Below the pieces are notes generated by a model, which was not told the origin of the DNA, searched no databases, and was given only the letters and a program-made list of their open reading frames with translations. Shown here piece by piece: positions 21,929-31,519 of a DNA stretch of 64,000 nucleotides (its first letter is position 1; every line of letters starts with the position of its first letter). A program made the position numbers and the translations under genes. Source of the DNA: Myxococcota bacterium (lineage in GTDB: Bacteria; Myxococcota_A; UBA796; CAJQPC01); the NCBI GenBank assembly GCA_036012755.1, contig DASCPX010000157.1, forward strand, positions 10,944-74,943. The letters are read 5' to 3'.

Positions 21929-23410
21929 GTGGCGGACAAGAAGAAGACGCGCATCCTCTACGTGAAGTACCACGAGGCGGCGGATCAGCAGCCCCTGTCG
22001 AAGAAGGCCGCGGAGAAGCTCGGGGTCTTTCCCAGCATCCCGCTGTTGTCGCTCGCTTCGTGGACGCGCCAGCATGGCTTCACGGTCGACTACCTCGACC
22101 TGCACGCCCGCAACTCCCTGGTCGCGGACGCGGCGCCAGAGGTCACCGCCTTCGAGCCCGACATCGTCGGACTCACCGCAAAGACCCTCGGTTGGCCCGC
22201 GGTCATCGAGATCGCGCAGATGGTCCGCGAGGCTGCTCCGAACGCGGTCATCGTGGTCGGGGGACCCCACCTGACGCTCTACGCCTCCGAGTCCCTGACA
22301 TGGGAGTGCTTCGACATTGCCGTCGTCGGCGACGGCGAAGAGACGATGCTCGAGATCGCAGAGCGCTTCGAGGCCGGGAAGTCCCTGGAGGAGATCCCCG
22401 GGACCGTCTACCGGAACAAGGCGGGCCGGATCGTCAAGTCTCCGCCGCGCCCGCTGGCCAAGAGCATCAACGCCTACCCGATGCCGGCCTGGGACCTCAT
22501 CGATCTCGACGCCTACCACTGCCTCACGCTCTTGAAGCCCTTCGCGACCATGGTCACGACCCGTGGCTGTCCGTGGCACTGCGGCTACTGCTCGCAGGTC
22601 TACAGCGAGAAGCTCCGCTTCCGAAAGCCCGAGCTCGTCGTCGACGAGATGGAGTACCTGGAGGGTGAGCACGGTGTGAAGGAGATCGTCTTCTTCGACG
22701 AGACCTTCACCATCGGCAAGAAGCGGATGCGCAAGTTCTCCAAGCTCGTCCAGGAGCGTGGGCTGAACGTCAAGTTCAACATCCGCGCTCGGGTCGACAC
22801 GGTCGACCAGGAGGTCTTGACCTGCCTCAAGGCGGCGGGGCTCCGCAGCATCCACATGGGCGTCGAGGCCGGCACGGACCGGCTGCTCAAGATCATGAAC
22901 AAGCAGATCACCCGCGACCAGACCACGCGCGCCTTCCGCCTCGCGCGCGAGGTCGGCATCGAGACCCGCGGCTACTTCATGATCGGCTACTACGACGCCA
23001 CGCCAGACGACATCGAGGAGACCATCGATTTCGCTGCGTCCCTCGGCCTGGACTGGGCCAGCTTCTCGGTCGCCACCGCGCTTCCGGGGACCGACCTGTA
23101 CACGGTCGCCCAGGAGCGGGGCTACGTCGACGGCGACTTCTGGCGCGAGTACACCGTCAACGGCGGCGGCCGGCTCCCCCAGCTGGAGACCGAGACCTTC
23201 ACCGCCGAGCAGCTGCGCGCCTACCGGACGAAGGCCTACCTGAAGTTCTACATGCGCCCGGACCTCATCCGTCGCAAGCTCTCGAAGGCCGAGGGGCGCG
23301 AGGAGCTGATGGAGATGCTCGGCGGCGCCACGGTGCTCAGCGAGATCGTGAAGAGCACCGTGCTGAAGAAGATCCCCGAGGTCCGCCTGGGCAAGATCGC
23401 GACCGTCTAG
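21929..23410 (+). CDS. B12-binding domain radical SAM protein
   Basis: B12 domain (VVGGPH, VGDGEET); RGCPWHCGYC CxxxCxxC; FFDETF and GVEAG motifs. Probable GTG start at 21929. Confidence 0.9.
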   Translation: MADKKKTRILYVKYHEAADQQPLSKKAAEKLGVFPSIPLLSLASWTRQHGFTVDYLDLHARNSLVADAAPEVTAFEPDIVGLTAKTLGWPAVIEIAQMVREAAPNAVIVVGGPHLTLYASESLTWECFDIAVVGDGEETMLEIAERFEAGKSLEEIPGTVYRNKAGRIVKSPPRPLAKSINAYPMPAWDLIDLDAYHCLTLLKPFATMVTTRGCPWHCGYCSQVYSEKLRFRKPELVVDEMEYLEGEHGVKEIVFFDETFTIGKKRMRKFSKLVQERGLNVKFNIRARVDTVDQEVLTCLKAAGLRSIHMGVEAGTDRLLKIMNKQITRDQTTRAFRLAREVGIETRGYFMIGYYDATPDDIEETIDFAASLGLDWASFSVATALPGTDLYTVAQERGYVDGDFWREYTVNGGGRLPQLETETFTAEQLRAYRTKAYLKFYMRPDLIRRKLSKAEGREELMEMLGGATVLSEIVKSTVLKKIPEVRLGKIATV

Positions 23411-23412
23411 CG

Positions 23413-24248
23413 CTAGGTCGCGGCAGACCCGACGACCACCCGGTCGTTGTTGGACAGGTCCTTCAGGACCGATGGCTCCAGCCCCGCCTCACGGAACAGG
23501 CCCGAGACGGCGTCGCCCTGGTCGTGTCCGATCTCTACGAGCACCGCTCGACGTGCCCGAGCGGCAGCGGCGGGGATCAACCGGCGGTACACGTCCAAGC
23601 CATCGGCTCCCCCATCGAGGGCCTCCCGCGGCTCCCACTTCGAGACCTCCAGAGAGGACAGCTCCGCGGTGGCGATGTAGGGCGGATTCGAGACCACGAC
23701 GTCGATCGGCCGCGAACGCGGGATCGGGGCCAGGAGGTCGCCGCGCAGCACCCCGACGCGCGCCGCGAGACCATGGCCCTCGACGTTCCTCTTCAAGAAG
23801 CCAGTCGCCGCCTCGCTCCTCTCCACCGCGTAGAGCTTCACACCCGGTCTCTCCAGGGCCAGCGTCAGCCCGACGCACCCGGTGCCGGCGCCGATGTCCG
23901 CGACGAAGACCTCGTCGCCCTCGCAGTGCTCCAAGGCCGCCTCGACGAGGATCTCGGTGTCGGGTCGAGGGATGAGCACCCCAGCTCCGACGGCGAAGTC
24001 CCGCGAGTAGAACTCACGAGAGCCGACGATGTAGGCGTAGGGCTCGCCCCTGGCTCGTCGGGACAGCGGCTCGCGGATCGCAGCCAGCTCGGCCTCTGCC
24101 AGCGGGCGGTCGAACTTCATGAACAGCTGGAGCCGCTCCATCTTCAGCGCGTGGCTCATCAGGAGCTGGGCCTCGAACTTCGGCGAGGGGATCCCGGCCT
24201 TGTCCAGGTACGCCGTGCTCCGGTTCAGGACCTCGAGCAGCGTGAGCA

Positions 24249-24249
<1 letters not shown>
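23413..24249 (-). CDS. prmC: release factor glutamine methyltransferase
   Basis: VLIPRPDTE, DIGAGTG and VSNPPY motifs; follows prfA. Confidence 0.95.
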
Positions 24250-25337
<1,088 letters not shown>

Positions 25338-25361
25338 GTGGGTTCCAGGTAGCAGATACAC

Positions 25362-25397
25362 GAAACCCCCGCGGGCCGGGGGCCTCGCAGGGGTCTC
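25362..25397 (-). terminator. GC-rich hairpin downstream of rpmE (probable terminator or stabiliser)
   Basis: Minus strand GAGACCCCTGCG-A-GGCC CCC GGCC-CGCGGGGGTTTC, a long stem with G-U pairs; only a weak U tract. Confidence 0.55.
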
Positions 25398-25406
25398 TCG
25401 GCGGGG

Positions 25407-25667
25407 CTACGCCTCGTGCTTGAGGCCGTACTTCCGGAGGAAGCGCTCGACGCGGCCCTCCGTGTCCATGAGCTTCTGCTTGCCGGTGAAGAAGGGGTGG
25501 CTCGCGGAGGAGATGTCGATCTTGATGAGTGGGTACTCCTCTCCGTCGACTTCGATGGTGCCGTCGTACTTCTTGGGATCCATCGTCGAACCAGCGATGA
25601 ACTGGTAGTCGCAGGTGATGTCCTTGAAGCAGACGAGGTTGTAGTCGGGGTGGATACCGGCCTTCAT
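25407..25667 (-). CDS. rpmE: 50S ribosomal protein L31, type B-like
   Basis: MKAGIHPDY, DISSASHPFFTGKQK and GRVERF motifs; 86 aa; lacks the four-Cys zinc ribbon. Confidence 0.95.
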   Translation of the reverse strand: MKAGIHPDYNLVCFKDITCDYQFIAGSTMDPKKYDGTIEVDGEEYPLIKIDISSASHPFFTGKQKLMDTEGRVERFLRKYGLKHEA

Positions 25668-25730
25668 TGGAGACTCCTTTCACCCGGCTACCTGGGACCA
25701 GCTGTCCCAGAGAGGGGGGTGAGCCGTCCC

Positions 25731-26855
25731 CTAATTGCCCGCGGCGGCGCGCTTGTCAAGCGCTCCTAGGAGTGCTGCGTTGTTCCGCGTCACCCCCAGC
25801 TGGCGGCGAAGTGCGGGTGTGTCGTCGACGGCCAGGCGGAGGGCCTGTAGCCGGACAGCGTGGTCCTCGCCGACTACCTGGTCCAGGCGGTAGTTCGCGC
25901 TGCTTCCCAGGTCGATGGCCGGGTAATCACCTCGGGCGGCGAGGCCGGCGTCGAGCAGGACTTCCCAGGTGGCCGTTTCGCAGAACTCCTCCGCGACGAC
26001 CTCGTCCAGGCGAGAGCCCGTTCCGACCAGCAGGCTGGCCACCACCGTCAGCGAGCCGCCCTCCTCCACGTTGCGGGCCGACGCCAGGATGCGCTTCGCG
26101 GCGCTGAGCGCCGATGGCTCCAGTCCGCCCGGGAGGGTCTTCGAGGTGCCCTGGCCCAGGTGATTCTGGGCTCGACACAGGGCGTTGAGCGAGTCGACGA
26201 CCAAGACGACGTCGCGACCATGCTCGACGAGTCGCTGGACCCTCGCCAGGGCCATCTCGGCGACCGAGAGGTGACGCTGCGCGGACTCGTCGAAGGAGCT
26301 CCCGAGCACCTGCGCGCTGGCGGTCGCGAAGAGCTCTTCGAGGTCCTCCGGGCGGGCGCCGACCAGGAGCAGCACGCGCTCTGCCGCCGGGTGGTTGGCT
26401 GCGATGCCCTCCACCAGTGCGCACAGCACGCGAGTCCGTCCGCTCCGAGGCGGGGCCAACAGCAGCCCTCGCTGGCCTCGCCCGAGGGGGGCCACCAGGT
26501 CCAGGATGCGGGTCGTCGCGTCGCTCGTCTCGAGGGTGTAGGGCTCGCTCGCTTGCAGCGGTGTGAGCTCTTCGAAGGGCACCTTCTCCCGCGCCTGGTC
26601 CGCGTCGGCACCGTTGATGCTCTCGACCTTGACCAGGGCGAGGTAGCGCTCGTTGTCCTTTGGCTCGCGCACCACGCCGCGCACACAGTCGCCGTTGCGC
26701 AGGTTGAAGCGGCGGATCTGGCTCGGCGACACGTAGACGTCGTCCGGCCCTGGCAGGAAGCTGTGCTCTGGGTCTCGCAGGAACCCAAAGCCATCCGGGA
26801 GGACTTCGATGACGCCTTCGCCACGGCGGCCGCTGGGCGTTTCGGTCTGGGTCAT
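25731..26855 (-). CDS. rho: transcription termination factor Rho homologue with degenerate ATPase site
   Basis: RNA-binding domain DGFGFLR...GPDDVYVSPSQIRRFNLR; PLGRGQRG and ARNVEEGGSLT motifs; syntenic with rpmE-prfA-prmC. Catalytic residues altered (see findings). Confidence 0.9.
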   Translation of the reverse strand: MTQTETPSGRRGEGVIEVLPDGFGFLRDPEHSFLPGPDDVYVSPSQIRRFNLRNGDCVRGVVREPKDNERYLALVKVESINGADADQAREKVPFEELTPLQASEPYTLETSDATTRILDLVAPLGRGQRGLLLAPPRSGRTRVLCALVEGIAANHPAAERVLLLVGARPEDLEELFATASAQVLGSSFDESAQRHLSVAEMALARVQRLVEHGRDVVLVVDSLNALCRAQNHLGQGTSKTLPGGLEPSALSAAKRILASARNVEEGGSLTVVASLLVGTGSRLDEVVAEEFCETATWEVLLDAGLAARGDYPAIDLGSSANYRLDQVVGEDHAVRLQALRLAVDDTPALRRQLGVTRNNAALLGALDKRAAAGN

Positions 26856-26918
26856 GTTCGTGGGCAGGGAGGAGGCCCGGTGGGTGGACCTCGATCTTGG
26901 CCTGCGGAGGACTCCCTG

Positions 26919-27533
26919 TCAAACCACCACAGCGCCGAGCCCGCGAAGCAGCTCACCGTACCAGTCTGCGGCGGCGCGCGCCCTTCCTGGCACCGCGTTG
27001 GTGCCCCAGATGACCGACAGCGTCGTCGTCGTGTCGTCGTGTGTCTTGGTGCGCTGGCTGTCCTTTACCGCGTTCCCGCAGGGACCCTCCGCGTCGTGCA
27101 GACAGAGCAGTCCGTCGAGCTTGAGCTCCTGCCCCGAGGCGTTGAACACGTAGGAGCCAGCCTCGACGATGCCAACGCGCAGCCCTCCTCGGGTGCGGTC
27201 GAGGTCCACGACGGTGATCGGGAGCCCCGAGTGGAGGCTGACCGCGTTGCAGGCGTCCACGGCGGCGTTGATGGAGCCCAGGAAGCCTGCCTCCGCGGCC
27301 TTGACGAGGTACTCGCTGGCTGGCTTGTTCCGCCCGCTCGGCTTGAACCCACCGTGGCGGAGGAGCTTGCGGACGTGGGTTCGAAGCTCCTCGTCTCGAG
27401 TGAGGGGTGCCGGCGCGTCGAGCGCGAGCAGATCGACGAGGGCCTGCGGAGAGGGCATCGAGGACAGCGGCCGCGGCAACGTGCAGACGAGGGTCGCGGC
27501 GTCGAGGAGGGGGTGCGGGTCGAAGGCGAGCAT
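26919..27533 (-). CDS. stand-alone B3/B4 domain protein (PheRS beta-like, putative tRNA trans-editing)
   Basis: GFKPSGRNKPASEYL, INAAVDACNAVSL..GLPI..VDLD and GPCGNAVKDSQRTK motifs. Confidence 0.85.
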   Translation of the reverse strand: MLAFDPHPLLDAATLVCTLPRPLSSMPSPQALVDLLALDAPAPLTRDEELRTHVRKLLRHGGFKPSGRNKPASEYLVKAAEAGFLGSINAAVDACNAVSLHSGLPITVVDLDRTRGGLRVGIVEAGSYVFNASGQELKLDGLLCLHDAEGPCGNAVKDSQRTKTHDDTTTTLSVIWGTNAVPGRARAAADWYGELLRGLGAVVV

Positions 27534-27546
27534 GCGCCGACCTAAC

Positions 27547-29061
27547 TCACCCCGACCAGCTCACGCGGTTCCGGCCTCCCTCCTTGCTCTCGTAGAGGGC
27601 GGCGTCCGCTGCGCTGAGGAGGTCGTCGCCGCTCGGCACGGTGCTCTTCGGCCCGATGGTGACGCCTCCCACCGAGATCGTGACGCTGATGTCCACGTCG
27701 TCTCCACAGTCGACGGTCATCTGCTCGATCGTGCGGCGGATGCGCTCTCCGACGAAGCGGGCGCCCTGCTCGGGGGTGCCGGGCAGGAGCACGGAGAACT
27801 CCTCACCGCCGAGACGGCCGACGCTGTCCTCGCCGCGCACGCACTTCTCGATGAGCGCCGAGACTGCCTTGATCACGGCGTCTCCAGCGCTGTGGCCCCA
27901 GGTGTCGTTGACGCTCTTGAAGTGGTCGATGTCCAGCATCAGGACCGACAGCGGCTGTCGGTTGGCGCCGCAGCACGAGTCGATGGCGCCGCCCATGGCT
28001 TCGGTGAACGCTCGCCGGTTGAACAACCCGGTGAGGGGATCGGTGGTCGCGAGGCGACGAAGCTCGACGTTGCTCTGACGCAGCTTTTCCGTCAGGTGCT
28101 CCTTCTCGTCGAGGAGCTCCTCGAGCTTCTTGGTGAACTCCTCGTAGGAAGCGTTCACGCTCAGCAGCGACTGGTTCGCCTTCGACACCAGCTCCTCGAG
28201 GGTGGGCTGGCGCTTGATGTCGATTCGCATGTCCAGGGAAGCGCCGGTCATGTCGTCACGGACCTGCTCGCAGACGGCCTCGAGGTCGAGGTGGGCGCGC
28301 GAGGGGAGGTGCTCCAGGAGCCGCCGGGCGTGGGCTACCGTGTTTCCGGCAGCCTCGGTCTGGACGATGTCCGCCACCGCGTCTGCGCAGTGTGCGACTT
28401 CAGCGAGGCGCCTCGTCTGGCGGTCGACTCCGACCGGGGCCGCGCCGTGGTGGTGGGCGATGGCAAGGGTGATGGTGTCCGGGAGGCCCCAGGTGTCGGC
28501 CTGTTCCATCACGATCTCGGGATGGGTCATTCCGCAGAGCTTGCGCTCCTCCTCGAGTCGGCGGGCTCCGGGCCAGGAGGTGGCGCGCTGCAGGGCGCCC
28601 CCGTGGTGGGGATGGGCGATGGCGAGCAGCAGCACTCCGATGTCCTGCAGCAGGCCGACGGTCATGGCCTCGCAGGGGTCTTCGTAGCCGGCGACCGTGG
28701 CCAGGACCTGGCAGGCGATCGCGCGACGGAGCGAGTTCTCCCAGAACAGGACGCGGTCGAACTCTCCGGTGTCCACGTTGGCCGTCGTGGCGCGGACGGC
28801 GTGGGCAAGCGCTATGTTCCGGATGGTCCGCGTGCCCATGAAGAGCGTGGCCTGCTGGACCGAGTTGACCTGCCGGCCTGGGCTGTAGAAGGGGCTGTTC
28901 GCCAGCCGCAGCATCTCAGCGGTGAAGGCAGGTTCCCTGCTGATGAGGTTCGACAGCGCCCTCGAACTCACGCTCGGGTCCCCCGTCGCCTGGATGATCA
29001 TCGCGAGACCAGCCGGTGGCGACGGCAGGGTGCGATGTGAGTTCTGTGCGGCCGCCGTCAT
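27547..29061 (-). CDS. HDOD + coiled coil + GGDEF diguanylate cyclase
   Basis: HDOD (EPAFTAEMLRLANSPFY, GLLQDIG, IAHHH); DPLTGLFNRR, DIDHFK and RLGGEEF with an RxxD I-site (RGED). Confidence 0.92.
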   Translation of the reverse strand: MTAAAQNSHRTLPSPPAGLAMIIQATGDPSVSSRALSNLISREPAFTAEMLRLANSPFYSPGRQVNSVQQATLFMGTRTIRNIALAHAVRATTANVDTGEFDRVLFWENSLRRAIACQVLATVAGYEDPCEAMTVGLLQDIGVLLLAIAHPHHGGALQRATSWPGARRLEEERKLCGMTHPEIVMEQADTWGLPDTITLAIAHHHGAAPVGVDRQTRRLAEVAHCADAVADIVQTEAAGNTVAHARRLLEHLPSRAHLDLEAVCEQVRDDMTGASLDMRIDIKRQPTLEELVSKANQSLLSVNASYEEFTKKLEELLDEKEHLTEKLRQSNVELRRLATTDPLTGLFNRRAFTEAMGGAIDSCCGANRQPLSVLMLDIDHFKSVNDTWGHSAGDAVIKAVSALIEKCVRGEDSVGRLGGEEFSVLLPGTPEQGARFVGERIRRTIEQMTVDCGDDVDISVTISVGGVTIGPKSTVPSGDDLLSAADAALYESKEGGRNRVSWSG

Positions 29062-29146
29062 CCCTTCCCGCTCCTTTGTTGGGTCCTGTCCCAACATCCG
29101 GAACGGACCGAGAAGGTCCGATCGTTAGGTTATTTCGCCCGACGAT

Positions 29147-29640
29147 CTATCCCCTCAGGCCCTTCTCCAGGCGCTTGAGTTCGTCGGCTTGCGGGTGGCG
29201 GGAGAGTCCGACCTCCAACAGCGCGATCGCGAGGCCGCGATCACCGGAGCTCAGAGCGCCTCGATCTCAGTGGCGAGCGCATCCGGAGCCGCGCTGACGG
29301 ACTCGGCGAGGTCTGCCGGGGAGGGCCTCGCGCAGCGTCGGGCGAGAACGATCGCTCTGCGGGCAGCGCGCGCCGTAGCGGCCGTGTGCTCGAGCCGGTC
29401 GACTACTCGGCTGTCGGCTGGTTGGGGCAGGTCGGTGAGCAGGGCCTCCGCGACATCGGCGGTGCTCGGGTCTCCTTCGCGAAGGGCCACTTTGACGGCC
29501 AGCTCCGCCGTGCGAGCGCGTAGCTCTCCGTCGTCGGGAGTGTCGTTCAGTCGCTGGAGCAGCCGAGCCAGTTCGGCGCGGGTCGTCACGGGTGCGTTCA
29601 GGGGGACCTCTCCGTGCCGAGGGGCGATCGAGGATATCAT
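29147..29640 (-). pseudogene. helical (TPR-like) hypothetical protein interrupted by a 1-nt frameshift near 29254
   Basis: ORF ends ...ATEIEAL*, but the adjacent frame continues LSSGDRGLAIALLEVGLSRHPQADELKRLEKGLRG* to 29147. May be a sequencing error; start uncertain. Confidence 0.5.
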
Positions 29641-29648
29641 GAGAACCC

Positions 29649-30395
29649 ATGACCGGTACCCCACTTCTGCTTGCCCTGGCCTGCGTTCCCGAGCAACGGA
29701 CCGTTCAGGCGCTGGTGGACGCGCGAGCGGAACAGCTGGCTCTGGACGCCCGCATGCCGGTGCGGCTGGCCCTGGCGAGTGGAGGGATTGGCGCTCAGCT
29801 CGCTCCGCTGAGCTTCGACGGCTGGTCCGAGATGACGGAGGTGGAGCTTCGGGAGGAGCTGGCGGATGTCCTCGGAATCGGGGAGCCGGGCTACGTCCAG
29901 GCCAACGAGGGCACGGGCGCCATCCGCGTGACCTGGCCAGAGGTCGAGTTCACCCCGGAGATCATCGGAAGGGTCGACATCGACGTGCTCCGGCCCCAGA
30001 CCCACTTCGTCATCGGCTTCGCCCAGAATCCAGGCGAGCCGCCGGGGATCTACGGTGACGGCAGCGTCACCGTCGAGGGCGAGGCCTCGGGCGACCCCGA
30101 GCTGCGCGTGGACTTCGACTTGCGCGTGGGCCGGACTTCTCAGCACGTCGACATGCCGGCGCGCCCTGACCAGGAGTTCAGCGACTCGGGGCGCATCATC
30201 GACCCGCCGATCTGGCAGGCCGGGGGTGCGTTCATGCCGCTGGCGGGGGACTTCCGCTGGTCCCGCACTGTCCAAGGACAGCCCCAGGAGATGACCTCTC
30301 TCGACGCGGGGGAAGCGGTGAGCACATCATGGCCCGTCATCGCCGCGTCAGAGGACTGGGAACACCTCGTCGAGGTCGACCTCGCGCGTGAGTGA
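29649..30395 (+). CDS. hypothetical lipoprotein
   Basis: MTGTPLLLALAC lipobox; coding-like composition. Confidence 0.7.
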   Translation: MTGTPLLLALACVPEQRTVQALVDARAEQLALDARMPVRLALASGGIGAQLAPLSFDGWSEMTEVELREELADVLGIGEPGYVQANEGTGAIRVTWPEVEFTPEIIGRVDIDVLRPQTHFVIGFAQNPGEPPGIYGDGSVTVEGEASGDPELRVDFDLRVGRTSQHVDMPARPDQEFSDSGRIIDPPIWQAGGAFMPLAGDFRWSRTVQGQPQEMTSLDAGEAVSTSWPVIAASEDWEHLVEVDLARE

Positions 30396-30403
30396 CCTCC
30401 TGA

Positions 30404-31102
30404 TCAGTAGGAGACGCCGATCCATGCGCTGGCGCCCCAGGCGTGCACTGCCTGGACCTCGACGCCAGCCATCATCCTGCCGCTGCGTCGCCATGGCTGA
30501 CCGAGGGGGGCGCTGACCAGCTCGCCGCCGGCCACCACGCCGAACGGCACGCCGCGGGTCAGCTCGATCGTGACATCTTCCGTGTTCACATCGAGGGCGC
30601 GATGTTCGGCCACGACCATGGTGGGGCCGATCCAGCCGACCGCTCCACCCTCCGGCTCGCCGAAGGCCGCGACAGAAGCGACGGAGACGGTCCATGACCG
30701 GCTCTCGGATCTCGGGTCCTGCTCCGGCCCTGCGCTCACGACTGTGCGCCCGATCTCACCCTTCGCGCACAGCGCAGGGGAGACCCCCTCGCGCGGCCAC
30801 TGGAGCGAGAGCCCCGCGGACCCGTGCGGACCCCAGCCGATGTGTCCCGTGCCGCCGAGGTCCTCCTTGGTCCATGACCCGCTCCCCCAGGCGCCGATGG
30901 CGGAGTGGGGTCGGAGGTCCAGGCGCAGCTCACCGCCGCTGGCGACTGCCCAGCTGGAGCAGCGCTCGCCTTCGCAGCCGGTGTCGAGGCTGCTGCCCTG
31001 CCACGCACCCCCGAGCTGCGCTGCCACGAGCGCCGTGTCGGCGGTCCGCGCCGGATTCCCGAAGGGAGCGGCGACAGCTGCGCTGAGGAGGAAGGGGAGC
31101 AT
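30404..31102 (-). CDS. hypothetical exported protein, possibly outer-membrane beta-barrel
   Basis: SD GAGGAGG; short signal peptide; alternating beta-strand pattern; C-terminal aromatic residue (WIGVSY). Confidence 0.65.
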   Translation of the reverse strand: MLPFLLSAAVAAPFGNPARTADTALVAAQLGGAWQGSSLDTGCEGERCSSWAVASGGELRLDLRPHSAIGAWGSGSWTKEDLGGTGHIGWGPHGSAGLSLQWPREGVSPALCAKGEIGRTVVSAGPEQDPRSESRSWTVSVASVAAFGEPEGGAVGWIGPTMVVAEHRALDVNTEDVTIELTRGVPFGVVAGGELVSAPLGQPWRRSGRMMAGVEVQAVHAWGASAWIGVSY

Positions 31103-31113
31103 GCCCCTCCTCT

Positions 31114-31362
31114 CTAGCGGTTCGTACCGGTCTTGCCGATCTTCCCGCTGTCGAGGATCGAGCTCACGTCACTCGCGAGCTCCTGCACGCCCTTCTGGAA
31201 CTGCGGCATGAACATGTAGGCGGCGGCGACCACCGCGATGATGATGACGGAGATGAGCAGCAGGTACTCGACGGTGCTCTGACCCTCCTCCTCGTCGATG
31301 AAACGAGTGACCGTGCTGGGGAGGCCGGAGCTGTTGATGAAGGCGCGAAGAGTCGTGATCAC
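31114..31362 (-). CDS. Flp/Fap family (type IVb/c, Tad) pilin
   Basis: F..DEEEG|QSTVEYLLLISVIIIAVVAA class III signal with the Flp EY motif; GTG start at 31362 with SD GGGAG. Confidence 0.88.
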   Translation of the reverse strand: MITTLRAFINSSGLPSTVTRFIDEEEGQSTVEYLLLISVIIIAVVAAAYMFMPQFQKGVQELASDVSSILDSGKIGKTGTNR

Positions 31363-31396
31363 GAGAACTCCCAGGGGGGCAGGTGCTCTTCCTTTG

Positions 31397-31412
31397 AGCA
31401 AGGGTCGTGCCA
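31397..31412 (-). promoter_or_regulatory. sigma54 (-24/-12) promoter of the flp pilin
   Basis: Minus strand TGGCACGACCCTTGCT matches TGGCACG-N4-TTGCW with exact GG-N10-GC spacing, 35 nt upstream of the start. Confidence 0.85.
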
Positions 31413-31519
31413 GCTCACGAGTTCATGATTCCAGGTAGTTGACGCCGCGCGTCAGGGCCAGTGCGACTCTTTCGACGCAGCCTCCATGCCCCTGCGACCC
31501 AAACGCCTCACCTGCGGCC

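Noticed and set aside
23405..23418. CTAGCGCTAG palindrome at the rSAM/prmC junction
   Set aside because: Explained by two convergent TAG stop codons two bases apart.
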